A stretch of 64,000 nt of DNA, taken from the NCBI GenBank assembly GCA_951406725.2, contig OX597836.1, forward strand, positions 7,316,001 to 7,380,000, written 5' to 3'. Shown here one piece after another: positions 1-13,272 of the stretch. Within the stretch, counting starts at the first letter, position 1; every line of letters begins with the position of its first letter. The stretch is from Octopus vulgaris (Eukaryota). The translations under genes were made by a program, and so were the position numbers. The notes below the pieces were generated by a model, which worked only from the letters and a program-made list of their open reading frames with translations, was not told the origin of the DNA and searched no databases.

Positions 1-209
1 TGTGTGTGTGTGTACATAACACTGCATGAGTCAAAAGCACTGAAATAAATTTGAATATTAAAAAAGCTTCAGCTGCAAAAATGAACGGTAAGAATGAAAA
101 CACCATTCCGCCTATGTTTTGATGTGCAGATAAAATAGGTCTAAACACATACATGTGAACATACACACACACACACACACACACACGCATATACACACAC
201 ATGAAACTC

Positions 210-395
210 ATTGTCGTCATCGTTTAACGTCCACTTTCCAAGCTGGCATGGGTTGGACGATTTGACTGAGGACTGGCAAGTCAAAAGACTGTACCAGACT
301 CCAGTATGATCTGGCAAGGTTTCTGCAGCTGCGTGCCCTTCCTAATGCCAACCACTCTGAGAGTGTAGGGGGTGCTTTTTATGTGCCACCGGCAC
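210..395 (-). mobile_element. SINE family D copy with (ATG)n tail
   Basis: Consensus catcgtttaacgtccrctttccatgctrgcatgggttggacgg...ctggatgcccttcctaaygccaaccac recurs at about 400, 10615, 11140, 16320 (opposite strand), 21005, 21790, 26200 and 55271, usually abutting (CAT)n. Confidence 0.8.
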
Positions 396-797
396 ATACA
401 TATCATCATCATCATTTAACATCTGCTTTCCATGCTGGCATGGGTTGGACGGTTTGGCAGGAACCAGCCAGGAAGAAGATAACACCAGGCTTCTTTCAGG
501 TTCCATCTACCAAATCCACTCACAAGGTTTTGGTCAGCCCAAGGATATAGTAGAAGACATTTGCCCCAGGTGACATGTAATGGGACTGAACCCAAAACCA
601 TGTGGTCGGGAAGAAAACTTCTTACCACACAGCCATTAGCTATTGTAGTTCAGTTCTAGGTCACTTCTCTTCTAAAGACATTCCAACCATAACCATCCAG
701 CTTGTTTTTATTTTTTTTAAATCTTTTTGTTTTTATAATTTCACATGTAATGTTCCTTTTATTTTTTAGATATAGTCAACACAGAACTTCATTATAT

Positions 798-1019
798 CAA
801 TCACCACCATCATCATCACCATCACCATCATCATCATCATCACTATCACCATCATCACCATCATCATCATCACCATCACCATCATCACTATCACCACCAT
901 CATCACCATCACCACCATCACCACCACCACCATCATCATCACCATCACCATCACCATCACCATCACCATCACCATCACCATCACTACCATCATCACCATC
1001 ACCATCATCATCATCATTA
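798..1019. repeat. (CAT/CAC)n compound trinucleotide microsatellite
   Basis: Directly visible; source of the S/P-rich and M/V-rich ORFs. Confidence 0.95.
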
Positions 1020-2251
1020 CTTTACACCCACTTTCCAAGCTGACCCAAATTTTCAGGGAAGATTTGGCAGCTATTTCTAGTAGGTCAAGCAATTACCTTC
1101 AAACTTCCTTGTTCGCCCGTCTGCCCGCCCGTCGTGAAGTTGTTCTGCCGGAATGTTGGCAGGTCAGCAAGACACTTGTCACTGCTCTAGGCACAACGCC
1201 AAAGAACCTCTCCTGGTTGGTCTATATGCATATCGTGACCAAACACTACTACTTCTACTACTACTACTATTATTATTATTATCATTATTGTATGAATTCC
1301 AATATGACATGCAAACTGTCCTACTTCCAGTAGAAATTGCTCGTTAGTCAGTTAACGCAGTAAGTGTTGATGAAAGATTCCAAACTGTCGCAAGATCTTT
1401 ACTACTAAAATATTCAGTTTTAACACACGTGCACGCGCGCGTGTGTGCATATGTACGTGAGAATTAAAAAAAAAAAAAGGGGGCCTTGAATAAATAAGGG
1501 AGACAACGGAATTAGTCAAAATGTAATTTTAGGATCATTAATTATGAATAAGTGTAAAAACTTAATTAGAGCCAATTTATTTTTGTCACTTGTAAAAACA
1601 CATATACATGTGTGAGTGTGTACACACAAAACATATACATACATTCATATATACACATAAAACATATATATATATATACATATATACGCATAAAATATAT
1701 ATGTATATATGTATATATATATATATTTATATATATATATTTATATATATATATTTATATATATACATTTATACACACACACAAAACATATACACACATA
1801 CATATATAAACATAAAACATATATATACATATATATACATAAATATATATATATATATGTATGTATATATATATATATATATACACACGTTTATACACAC
1901 ACACAAAACATAAACACACATACAAACATACACATAGAATATTATATATATGTATGTATATATTATAGAGAAGAGATACTGGAAGTGAGAATATGGTAGA
2001 TTTAAACTAGATATCATGATGTTTTAAGAAGCACTATCTGTGATGATGACGATGATGATGACAGTCTTTTCTGGCTTATTTTATTAGCCTGGTGTGTGTG
2101 TGTGTGTGTGTTGTGTGTACACTCACTTTGCTTGAAAACAGGTGAGAGTTGGTGACAGGAAGGGCATCTCTGGCCACAGAAAATTTGCCCCAATGAATTT
2201 CCATCTGACCCATGCAAGCATGCAAAAGTAGAAGTGAGAAATTTTGTAAAC

Positions 2252-3058
2252 CCGTCAATGATTCTCACCTGGATCCCTTATGACTCTTGGGGGTCCATTA
2301 TGACCTTTGGAGATCCATATGACCCTTAGGGGTCCATATGAGATTTCATTAACATAATTTATATACAAGGTAGCAAGCTGGCAGGATCATTAGGACATCA
2401 GACGAAATGCTTAGCTGGATTTCATCTGGGGTCAAATTCTGAGATCAACTTTGCCTTTTGTCCTTTGGGTGAGGAATTGATAAAATAAGTACCAGCTGAG
2501 CCCTGGGTCTTAATGTAACTAACTTAACTACTCCTGAGTATGAGTACAAAAACTGCATCCCTTTGCCAAGCCATCCTGAGCCAAGGTGGCAGAGTTGGCC
2601 CATCAAACCAGTATGGTCTCAAGCTCAGGTTCATGGCCTCTGCATCAGACCATGGTTGATGGAGAGAACATGCCGAAGCTTTCGACTTGCAGTGGACAAA
2701 ACATAGGCAATCCAATCCAATTTATGAACAAGAAACCAAGTGACAGCAGAGAAAGGCTCAACAGAATCAACCTTGACCGCCACCAACATCACCATGCAGT
2801 CAATGCCATCGATTCTTCTGAGCAAGAATCAGTCCGAAGAGTCATCAATGCCATCACCATAATTCTTGGATATGAGACAATGCTGACAACAATAATCAAG
2901 ATATTTCAACAATTTTTTTGTTACACCATTCCTAATAGTATTTAATTCTGAAAATATAATAGGGTGTTTTTAAACACTGCAATGGCTATGAGGGTCCAGT
3001 TGAGTAAAATTGAATTCAAGAGGGGGGTCGATAGATGAAAAATGGTTGAGGGCCACTA
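2252..3058. mobile_element. Degenerate hAT-like MITE interrupted by a SINE and an RTE fragment
   Basis: Left end caatgattctcacc and right end ggttgagggccactag resemble CAGTGGTTCTCAACC-type TIRs; subterminal ~20-bp ggggtccatatgacc repeats at 2270-2345. Confidence 0.4.
2600..2870 (+). mobile_element. RTE-clade LINE 3' remnant with C-terminal zinc-finger motif
   Basis: A frame not shown in the ORF track reads PPTSPCSQCHRFF*ARISPKSHQCHH, matching the CxxCxRxFxARIGLxSH end of RTE/BovB-like ORFs; contains stops. Confidence 0.6.
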
Positions 3059-3708
3059 GAGGAAAGCAGTCGAGACGAGAGAAACAAGAAGAAATAACTC
3101 TTCTGAACCAGAATGATTCTACATTATCCCAACTCTCTCTCTTTCTCTCTCTCTCTCCATTTTCTTCTCCTTCTTCTTTTTCTTCTTTTTCTTCTTCTTC
3201 TTTTTCTGTCTATTGTGTTTTCCTAGACCCACCCAGCCTCTCCAATGTCCAACACTAACTAAAACTAACAATCCTTCCTTCCCTGCACATCATTTGTCCT
3301 TGTGGAATTCCTTCCCACCACCTACATTTTTTTTTTTCTTTCTGCAGACGTTGACAAACAGAAGTTCAAACTGAATATCAGAAATATCAATGTCACCAGA
3401 CTAGTGGTGGGGGGATACCTGCCAAGGGGTACAGGGTAGATGGAGAGACCAAGAATGTCAGGGTAGATGGAGAGACCAAGAATGTCACAGGGTACATGAA
3501 GAACTCTACTAAAGTCAGGGTACTCAGACAAGCCTGCTGGCCTGTTACAGTCACGGGGTACTTTTAGAAGCTTGATAAAATCACAGCCTAATCCGAGGGA
3601 CCTAAGATCTGTTTCCTCTTCACAAAACCCTAAACATCAACAGTATTACTTCACATCAGTCTCAAAGGGCTTCGTGTGTGTGCGTACATGCACACACATA
3701 TATCTCTA

Positions 3709-3757
<49 letters not shown>

Positions 3758-3794
3758 ATATATATGTGTGTATATATGTTTGTTTGTAAGTAAA

Positions 3795-4205
3795 CATGAG
3801 ATCTGGGTCACTGATTGGAGACATATGGAAAAGCAGGAACGGTTTTACCAATGGTGTTTCAATCGCATGCTGGGGACCCAATGGCACATGTATTTAAGTG
3901 ACACTGAAGCCCTCAAACACAGTCAATCTATCACAATAGAGTCCCTAGCACGCCAGCACTGATTACAATGGGATGGTCATGTGGTCAGAATGGAAGATGG
4001 TCAGATCCTTAAGCAATTGTTGCAGTGAGTTAGCCCAGGGTAAAAAGACCAGTGTACAATACAAATTGAAATTGAGGTTTAAGGACTGCATCAAGAATAC
4101 ACCAGAGAAGGTCTAAATCCTGGAAAATGGAGAGGAAGCCCTCACTCTAGATTGTCGATAATGGAGGAAAGCAGTGCATGATGCGAAGAGGGAATTCAAA
4201 CATCC
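3795..4205 (+). mobile_element. RTE/BovB-like LINE fragment (post-RT region), degenerate
   Basis: HEIWVTDWRHMEKQERFYQWCFNRMLG...LQWDGHVVRMEDGQILKQLL...LRFKDCIK resembles the RTE motif LRWxGHVxRM; stops and a frameshift. Confidence 0.8.
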
Positions 4206-5157
4206 GCACAAAATAGTGTGTGTGTGTGTGTGTGTATCATCATCTTTTAATGTGTCTTCCAAGCTGGTATGGGTTGAGTAAAGGGAAAGTTACCTTCTCA
4301 AGTTATGCCGACTCATAAGGGTCAGTCTCTCGGTTTCTATGGCGTATATATTCCCCCTGGGGCACCAATTCCTCACAGGATTACTCATTATTGCAAGCTG
4401 AATGGACTGGCGCAATGTGAAATGAAGAACACAATGTATTGCCTGGTCCAGGAATCGAAACCACAGTCTTACGATTATGAGTCCAACACCCTAACCACTA
4501 AGCCACGTGCCTCCACTCATGGGTGGTTTGACATGATGCAGTGAGCTGCAGGATTACGTTGCACTCCAGTGTCAGCTTTAGCATGGTTTCTACAGCTGGA
4601 TGCCCTTCCTACCAGCAACCACTTCACAGTGTACACTGGGTCCCTTTTCACCCAGTGTGCATTGGGCCCCAGTTCTAGTGAAGTAGCCAAATAACTTTAA
4701 GACACAAAAAAAACAGGCAAAGAAAGAAAAAGAAAATAGCCCCTGCTACTGAGGAATAGTAGCAGGAATATTTGGAGGGGAAGTAGCTTAATGCCAAGCG
4801 TTGAAGGCTGAAGTATGACAGAGACACAAGCGGTGGGGGGGGGGTGCTAGAGAGGGGATACATACATGGCAACATCACGTTACATGGAAGCAGGTGCAAG
4901 GAGTTGGGAAGGCGATACAAATAGTGATGGAATATCAAAGCAAATGCTTGAGGTACAAGAAGGGGAGTTTAAGAAAGGATACAGACACTGGGCCACAGGA
5001 GGGGGCAATGGGTACTTCCATAAGTGTGTGAGGGAAGAGTAACAGCCAGTTGGATATGAGGGTAGAGAAGGCACAGTTGCTGGGAAATATCAGTACCCTC
5101 TAAAACAAAATTAGGGTGACAGGGGATGCTAACCAAAGGAAGATAAATAGGAATCAC

Positions 5158-5331
5158 CACTAGCATAGCTAGAGTGTGTGCCACCCAGGGGTGCAGCCCT
5201 TCAGTTTTCTACCTCCGAGCCCCCCCCCCAAAATACATATTGCCTACAGCAGACCCAAAAGTGGGGCTGCTTCCATAAAAGTGCTGACAGGGGCAGACCG
5301 ATCCTTCTACCCCGCTCTAGCTATGCTAGTG
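5158..5331. mobile_element. hAT-type MITE, 174 bp
   Basis: Perfect 17-bp TIR cactagcatagctagag/ctctagctatgctagtg; 8-bp flanks ggaatcac/ggagtcat (6/8 match); second copy at 42924-43079. Confidence 0.8.
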
Positions 5332-5845
5332 GGAGTCATGGCACAAGGTCATTGATATAGGGTTCGGTCCCACTGTGTGACACCTTGGGCAAGTATCTCC
5401 TACAGTAGCCTTGGACAACCAACCCCTGGTGAGTGGATTTGGTAAAAGGAATCGGAAAGTAGCCCAGCCTGTGTATGTATGTGTGTGTGTGTATGTGTGT
5501 GAGTATGTGTATGCATGTGTGTTTGTCCCCCATCACCTCTTCACAACCAGTATTGGTTTGTTTACATTCCCGTAACTTAAGCAGTTTAGCAAAAGAGACA
5601 GATTAAGCACCAGACTTTAAAAAAAGAAAACAAGTTCTGGGATTGATTTCTTCAACTAAAACCCTTCAGGGTGGTGCCGCAGCATGGCCACAGTCCAGTA
5701 AGAGGAAACAAGTAAAAGGTAAATAATAAAATATTTATTCATAGAAATTTATACCACAAATCAAGTCCCCCACGCAACAAGAAGTAAGGATCATATTATC
5801 ACAGTCCTGCAGTTAAGAATCTCTGACAGGGAGGCTCTCATTTTC

Positions 5846-5880
<35 letters not shown>

Positions 5881-6065
5881 CTAGTTTTATGTGAACCAAG
5901 AAGCTGACAGTTTCTGTTCGTTTAGTAATAATTAATTAATTAAACTGATAATGAGAAACAAAACAAGCGGCAGAGGCAGGAAGTTTTGTGTAAGTAAGGT
6001 CAGCACAAGACAAGGAGGCAGAGGAGGAGGAGGAGGAGGAGGAGGAGGAACATGAGTATGTGTGC

Positions 6066-6104
<39 letters not shown>

Positions 6105-6207
6105 TGTGTGCATGTATAAATATGTGTCAATTTAGTATAGGTACAAACCTTGTAGCTTGCTTTGTAAAGCTCGGCTACAGGTGTGTGTGTGTGTGTTTGT
6201 ATATTGG

Positions 6208-6244
<37 letters not shown>

Positions 6245-7047
6245 TGTACTTAGTGTCAAGGACAAAATGAATGCTTTATATTCCAGCACTGGATGTTTTC
6301 AAAGACAACAAAAGCAATTACAATGCCAACTTCTGTTGCTCGGTTGGCAAATTCTTGGAGAAGCAAAAACCCTGAAACTTAAACAATGCAACAAACACAA
6401 TGAGAACACTAGATTACCATTTTGTTGTTGTTGTTGTTGTTTTCAGTAAAAGACTTTGCTAGTAATTAGTACAGGATGAGTAATTGGAGCCAAATGAACC
6501 TTACTAATTGACAAAGAATACAACATCTGTCCATCGTTTAACAAGACAAACCCTTCAAAAATAAAGGAATTCTAAAGAATGTTCTTTTACCACCAACAGA
6601 ATTTCTAAATTGGATTTTTGTTTCTTTGTTTTTTAGGGGTTTTTTTGAGTAAGAAGGAAGAGGCAGGTCAATCCATCCCATGCCACTCTCTCATTGTTTT
6701 CAAGCCTCTGTGACTCATTATCATCAACCACAGAACATCATTGTTTCAATTTCGGAGACTCATCAGATGGGTTACTCAGCATCTGCGGCACATGAGTGAC
6801 CAAAATCATAATATTCTTCCCTGGATGGGATGCCAGTCAATCACAGAGTTACTCATTGATAGGTGAGTGGACTGGAGCAATGTGGAATGAAGGGTTTTGC
6901 TCAAGAACACAACACAACACCCAGGCCAAGGATTGAAATCACTATCTTGCAATGAAATTGGTAAGGAATAAATTCTCTTCAAACAGGAAACCTGGCTTCG
7001 AATGTTTGCAAAGGAAAGGAGATATTCATTAGAGCACCCAAAAACCA

Positions 7048-7122
7048 ACATTAATCCCTCCAACATTAATCCCCACAACAGTAATCTCTCCAGTATTAAT
7101 TCCTCCAGCATTAATTCCTCCA
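7048..7122. repeat. 15-bp minisatellite, 5 copies (rcattaatycctcca)
   Basis: Five adjacent units visible. Confidence 0.9.
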
Positions 7123-7231
7123 ACTGTCTTCAGAACAGTTTCTTATTTTCCATACTTGCTGGGGTCAGTCAGGAATTCATTGAGGCAGCTTTTCTACACC
7201 CAGATGCCCTCCTTGTTGTCAACCCCTGCCA

Positions 7232-7580
7232 AGTGGCAGTGTGGTAAGAAGATTGTTTCCCAACCACATGGTTCTGGGTTCAGTCCCACAGTGTGGAACT
7301 TTGAGCAAATGTTTTCTACTATAGCCTCGGGTCGACCAAAGCCTTGTGAATGGATTTGGTAGACGGAAACTGAAAGAAGCCCATCATATATATATGTATA
7401 TGTCTGTGTTTGTCCAGCCACCATCGCTTGACAACCGATGTTGGTGTGTTTACATCCCCATAACTTAGCAATTCAGCAAAGAGGCCAATAGAATAAGTAC
7501 TAGGCTTACAAAGAATAAGCCCTGGAGGCAGTGCTCCAGCATGGCCACAGTCAAATGACTGAAACAAGCAAAAGAATAAA
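7232..7580 (+). mobile_element. tRNA-derived SINE family A
   Basis: Head tggcwgtgtggtaag (A box) and ggttcagtccc (B box), internal microsatellite, tail aaatgactgaaacaag. Confidence 0.85.
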
Positions 7581-8381
7581 ATATATATATATATTATATA
7601 CATACACAAATGCATAAAGGTATTCCAAATATGACCATCCCATCTTTTTTGTATATATAGGTACACAATAGACATTACACAACATGTCCTTCATTTTCTA
7701 AGTCAATAGGACACGATCAGAAAAAGCAATAGAGAGAAAGAGAGAGAGAGAGATTTGACTGCTATTTCTAGCCGACTCAAATAATGTGGTCCATACACAT
7801 ATATATATTTCAGTGAAGAGGTGTGCTGTATATAACAGGCAGCTATATATAATTTCTAAATATTAATACCTTTATTTAATGCTGAATATGAGACGGTGTT
7901 TTATAGACAGACAGATGTAACAGCTGAAGGTACAGGGGGGGGGGATAAGAATGAAGGATGAGGATGAGAGGCATGGAGGTGGTGGGTGGAGCGGGGGATA
8001 ACCCAGATTTATGACATTTTTCTTGGTAAAGGGCTATATTTATGTTATTATTATTATTATCGCTGATATTATATCATATAAAATGAAAAGCAGATAATAA
8101 TTCTAGCGTTAAATTATAGATTAATAACAGATTAATTAAATCAGGATTACAGCTATATCAGAGTGGATTTCGTGAAATTAACTTGTCAAAAGAAAGTGGA
8201 TGTGTTTAAGTTGTTGTTGTTGCTGTTGTTGTTGTTGTTGTTTTGCTCCAGACCAACACTGATATGGCAATATAGCAGATTTGTGATCAGAGACATTCCA
8301 GCTGTGGCCAACCTCTCTAGATATTTTTCTTTGTGTCTGTAGACGGAAACTGAAAGAAGCCCGTCGCATATATGTATCTAT

Positions 8382-8543
8382 AGGCATAGGAGTGGCTGTG
8401 TGGTAAGTAGCTTGCTAACAAACAACATGGTTCCGGGTTCAGTCCCACTGCATGGCACATTGGGCAAGTGTCTTTTACCATAGCCTCGGGCCGACCAAAA
8501 GCCTTGTGAGTGGATTTGGTAGCCAGAAACTGAAAGAAGCCTG

Positions 8544-8597
<54 letters not shown>

Positions 8598-8820
8598 GCA
8601 TGTGTATGTTTGTGTGTCTGTGTTTGTCCCCCCAACATGGCTTGACAACCGATGCTGGTGTGTTTACGTCCCCGTAACTTAGCATTTGGCAAAAGAGACC
8701 GATAGAATAAATACTAGGTTTACAAAGAATAAGTTCTGGGGTCAATTTGCTCGACTAAAAGGTGATGCTCCAGCATGGCCACAGCCACATGACTGAAACA
8801 AGTAAAAGAGTAAAAGAGAG
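8382..8820 (+). mobile_element. tRNA-derived SINE family A, full length
   Basis: Same consensus as 13273, 52439 and 58567; internal (TA)n; tail gtaaaagagtaaaagag. Confidence 0.9.
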
Positions 8821-10797
8821 CACATCTGTAAAAGTGAGACTATATTATCCATTGTATCCTTCTGTTTTGGCTTTTTTTTGTGAGATCTTACAGTGTGGTC
8901 TGAGGCAGATTTGGCTGCTATTTCTGTCCACTGAAATTACACCCTTTGTCTTATGTATTTATACATGTATACAGGAGCCAAGGGAGAGTGTTACATGATA
9001 ACCAGATCCAATAGAAACAGCAGCCAAATGTTCTTCAAATCACACCTTACAGCAAATTTTTACCAGGTGAGTGAACTGGAACAACATGAAATAAAGTGTC
9101 TTGCTCAAGGACACAACGCATTGCTGGGAATTGAACTCACGATCTTACAACCGTGAGCCGAACGCCCTAACTACTAAGCCACATGTCTTTACTATTGTCC
9201 ATAAACACAGACAAATACCCACCTACAGATGCATAGAAAGTATCTGTCGGTTACTTAGTGTTGTAATCCCCCTGAATTAAAAGTCTGGTCTGCGGAGGTT
9301 GTGAGGTGTAATTATAGTCCAACATAACCTAAAATATCAACAGCAAGGAATGAGACTGTGTCACTGAGGTGGAGGGAGACGGAGAAGGACAGGGGCGGGA
9401 CGTTTTTTTATTTCTGTGTTTGGTAAACAGCTGGTAGAGAAGCGTGCGTGTGTGTGTTTATGTATGTATGTAAATGTGTGTGTATGTGAGAGTGTGGAGG
9501 GGGTTTTGAGAGAGAGACACAGACACACAGACAGACAGTGAGGGAGAGAAAAGTAATATAAGAGCTCCCAGCATCTGCTGTAATATTTTAATACATTCTC
9601 CAGTTCTACAGTTTTGGAAAAAAAATGACTGGAATTCTTTCTCAGAGAATCGGCAGCAGCGGTGTGGTGTCATCGAGGAGAATGGCAATCAGAAAGGAAG
9701 TGTAAAAAAGAACAACAACAGCAACAACAACAACAACAACAGAAACAGCCTGTAATTAGTTTTACAGTACTTCTTCGCATGATAAGGAGTGCAAGACAGT
9801 CTGATTCCCCCAAACGCCACACCACACCCACCCACCACAAATTAAGGTCAAACGAGGTCAGAATTGCGTTGGGTAACCTTTTTGTTGTTCTTGCTTTCTG
9901 TTTGTGGCATTGTTATCCCATGAGTCTTTAGTCTTTATTAACCACTTTCATCAGTCGTTAAGTATAGACTGTGTGTGTAAAGAGATCGCCTTGAAACCCG
10001 AACCAGCCACCCCACATTTCATAAACGAAATAAAATAAAATAAAATGAGCTAAAACATACATAATATGATATAAAATATAATGCCACTGGGTGGAGCACA
10101 CATCGTGTTTTGATCACTGAGTACAAATTAGAAGAAACCTCCTTGAAACTAATTAGAAATACAAAAAAAAAAATTCAAAACTTATCTCACAGGAATATTA
10201 AGGAAAAAAACGGAGAGAAAAAAAATTAACAAATAAACACGATTATTAGTTGTTCTGTGAAGTTCTCCCACCTGACCTAAAACCTTGGCGACATGTGACT
10301 AAAATAACATTTGCCATTCCTGTTGCTGTTGTTGTGGTAGTTGTTGTTGTTGTTGTCGTTGTTAATCCCCAGGTTGGTTCCGGTACAGCAGACCGTCACG
10401 CAAAAGACATTCAAGCCCTAAGCCAAACAATCTGGGTGCCAGTGCGGCTGTGTGGTAAGAAGTTCGCTTGCCAACCGCATGGTTCTGGGTTCAGTTGCAC
10501 TGCGTGTCACCTTGGGCAGACGTCCTCTACTTTAGCTTCAGGCACCAACCGAAGCCTTGTGGGTGCAGTTGGTAGATGGAAACTGAAAGAAGCCTGTCAT
10601 ATTTATGTATATGTATCATCATCATCGTTTAACGTCCGTTTTCCGCGCTAGCACAGGTTGGACGGTTCGACCGGGGTCTGGGAAGCCAGGGGCTGCACCA
10701 GGCTCCAGTCTGATCTGGCAGTGTTTCTACAGCTGGATGCCCTTCCTAACGCCAACCACTCCGCGAGTGTGTATATATATATATATATATATGTGTG

Positions 10798-11095
10798 TGG
10801 AGGCGCAATGGCCCAGTGGTTAGGGCAGTGGACTCACAGTCGTAGGATCGTGGCTCCGATTCCTAGACCGGACGTTGTGAGTGTTTATTGAGCGACAACA
10901 CCTAAAGCTCCACGAGGCACCGGCAGGGGGTCGTGACGATCCCTGCTGTACTCTTTCGCCACAACTTTCTCTCACTCTTTCTTCTGTTGGCCTGCTCGCT
11001 TAGCCAGCGGGGTGGCGTCATTTGAAGGATAAATCAATGCAAAGCACATTGTGACAAGCGATGTGTAGCAACATCTGATAGCCTGGTCGGTCACG

Positions 11096-11100
<5 letters not shown>
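10798..11100 (+). mobile_element. tRNA-derived SINE family C, short-tail variant
   Basis: Head ggaggcgcaatggcccagtggttagggcag shared with the minus-strand copies at 29719, 56513 and 59563. Confidence 0.8.
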
Positions 11101-11139
<39 letters not shown>

Positions 11140-11493
11140 CATCATCATCATTTAATGTCATCCATGCAGGCCTGAGTTGGACAGTCTGACCAGAGCTGGC
11201 AAGCTGAGGAACTGCATCAGGCTCCTGTCTGATTTGGCATGGTTTCTACGGCTGGATGCCCTTCCTAACATGCCAACCACTTTACAGAGTGTGCTGGGTG
11301 CTGTTATATGGCACTGCAAGGGTTGTGAGTTCAATTCCCAGACAGAATCATTACATTCTGTGGTCAAACACTATTGAGCTTAGCTTTACTTTTCATCCCT
11401 CCATGGGCCCTAAAAATAAGAACCAGCGGAGCACTTCCCTCAAAACTGCTGGCCTTGTGCCAAAATTACAAAGAATTATTAATCTTATCATTC

Positions 11494-11547
<54 letters not shown>

Positions 11548-11548
11548 T

Positions 11549-11933
11549 ATGTTTGACTTTTGCTTTATGTCTGTACAAGTTGGCTCCAAGTCTCACCCAG
11601 AGACTCAAGAGACAACAGGTTGGAAGTTCACGTTGTTGTTATGCCTAGTGTGCCATACATTTGGGGGTTTTTTTGGGTGTTGTACTAGAGAATGTCTAAT
11701 ACATAAATTTTTTTAAAAAAAAAGTTTGTTTTAAACCTTGGGATTACATAGAGAGTATTTTGCGTAGGATATGAGCAGTTCCCATGAGCACTATCTTTTG
11801 AACTTCTGCCATTTTGGGGTTTCTTGGTATCTGAGTTAGGTAGCAATCAGCCCCTTTCGCTATCATTCCCAGGGCACCTATGACAACAGGTATTGTTTTA
11901 GTCTTCAGGTACCACATTTTGCTGATTTCTATT

Positions 11934-11936
<3 letters not shown>
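11549..11936 (-). mobile_element. R4/Dong-like non-LTR retrotransposon 3' end inserted in (TAA)n
   Basis: EIEISKMWYLKTKTIPVVIGALG...QKIVLMGTAHILRKILSM* is a restriction-like endonuclease C-terminus; (TAA)n tracts on both sides. Confidence 0.85.
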
Positions 11937-11994
<58 letters not shown>

Positions 11995-12439
11995 CGATAT
12001 TATTATCATCATTATCATAATTATCAGTAAGGTTAATTGGAAAACAGTTCGCTTTCATGTTTTTCTATGAATTTTGCAGTCGAAAACAAGTCTGACCCCA
12101 AAAGTACATATTTAATATATTTTCGATGCAGTAGTAGTAGTAGTAGTAGTAGCAGCAGCAGCAGCAGTAGTTTCTGGCACTTGTTGAGGCTCAATCAATT
12201 CAAACGATCTAATTAACCAAATTATTTATTCAAGACTTCCGTAGCTGGACATCTTCCAAGCATCATCTGCTGGTCTAGAAACACCTTCCATTGGGATGCA
12301 GGAGTGGAAGAGAAACGACGATGATTACAACAACAACAACAACGATGATGATGATGATGATGATATTAGTGGTGAACTACAGGGTTATTGTTGCTGTTGG
12401 CCAGGTATTGTTGTCTTTTGTTGTTGTTGTTGGTGGTGG

Positions 12440-12990
12440 ATATGTTTTTTTTAAATTTTTTGGCAGTCATTGCATATCATGGACTACAGTATCCAAAGTA
12501 TCGTTGATTTTTTGCCCTTTTTAAAGAAGGTAGGATGCAGTTTCAAAGAAATTTAGCTGCTATTTCCAGCAGGTTGAGTAACGTCCTTAAGGCTCCATCG
12601 TTGGCTTATTCCAGCTCATGGTGGTGGTGATGATGATGATGATGATGATGATGATAAAGGTCTTAATGGCATAGTGGTGGTGGTGGTGGTGGTGGTGGTT
12701 GTGGTGGTGTTGGTTGTCATGGTCGTGGTATTTAAACCCCAAGTCAGCCCCAGCAGAGCAGACCTATAATCAAAGACCTTTCCAGCCATAGCTATTTTGT
12801 TTTGTTTTGTTTTTTGGGGGGTTTTTTGGCAGACATAGTGTATCTTGGACAACATTATCCAAAGTGTCCTCTATTTTATTCCCTTTTCTAAAGAAGGGTA
12901 GCAGAATGTGGTCCAAGAGAAACTTAGCTGCTATTTCTAGCAGTTCGTGTGACCTACTAAAGGTTCCATCATTGGCTTGTTCCAGTCACT
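12440..12990 (+). repeat. Two diverged tandem copies of an unclassified short interspersed repeat (family F)
   Basis: 12460-12620 aligns with 12826-12990; core ttrgctgctatttctagc also at about 1062, 7755, 8910, 19075 (rc), 31427 and 42452 (rc). Confidence 0.7.
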
Positions 12991-13272
12991 GATGATGTCA
13001 AGAAGGAAGAGGAGCAGGACGAGGAAGAGAAGCAGAAAGAGGAGCAGGATGAGGAGGAGAAGCGGGAAGAGGAATATCACAATTTGATGCTATAATAGTG
13101 TTACACTGTCAACCAAAATGTCATTGCCACCGGTTCCACAGACAGACTGTTATTGTCATCAGACGGAATTTCATGGTCACGGCTCAGTCTGCTTGGCTGT
13201 AAACAGGTATCACATCCAAACATAGTCACTGTTGATGAATATAATGATGATGATGAGAAAGATAAAGATGAT

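Noticed and set aside
770-1080. Acceptor followed by an open frame encoding about 70 His residues (possible His-rich structural protein)
   Set aside because: The coding potential is a (CAT/CAC)n microsatellite like many others here, and the frame ends inside a family F repeat motif
2586-2945. 119-aa ORF in apparently unique sequence
   Set aside because: An alternative frame shows an RTE C-terminal zinc finger, so this is a decayed LINE
4700-5150. Purine-rich unique-looking block (similar character at 41180-41420 and 42220-42420)
   Set aside because: No splice signals or recognisable motif; probably ancient transposon debris that I cannot classify
6740-6772. CTGATGA...GAAA on the minus strand (hammerhead-like)
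   Set aside because: Stem II is only 1 bp and the cleavage position would be G
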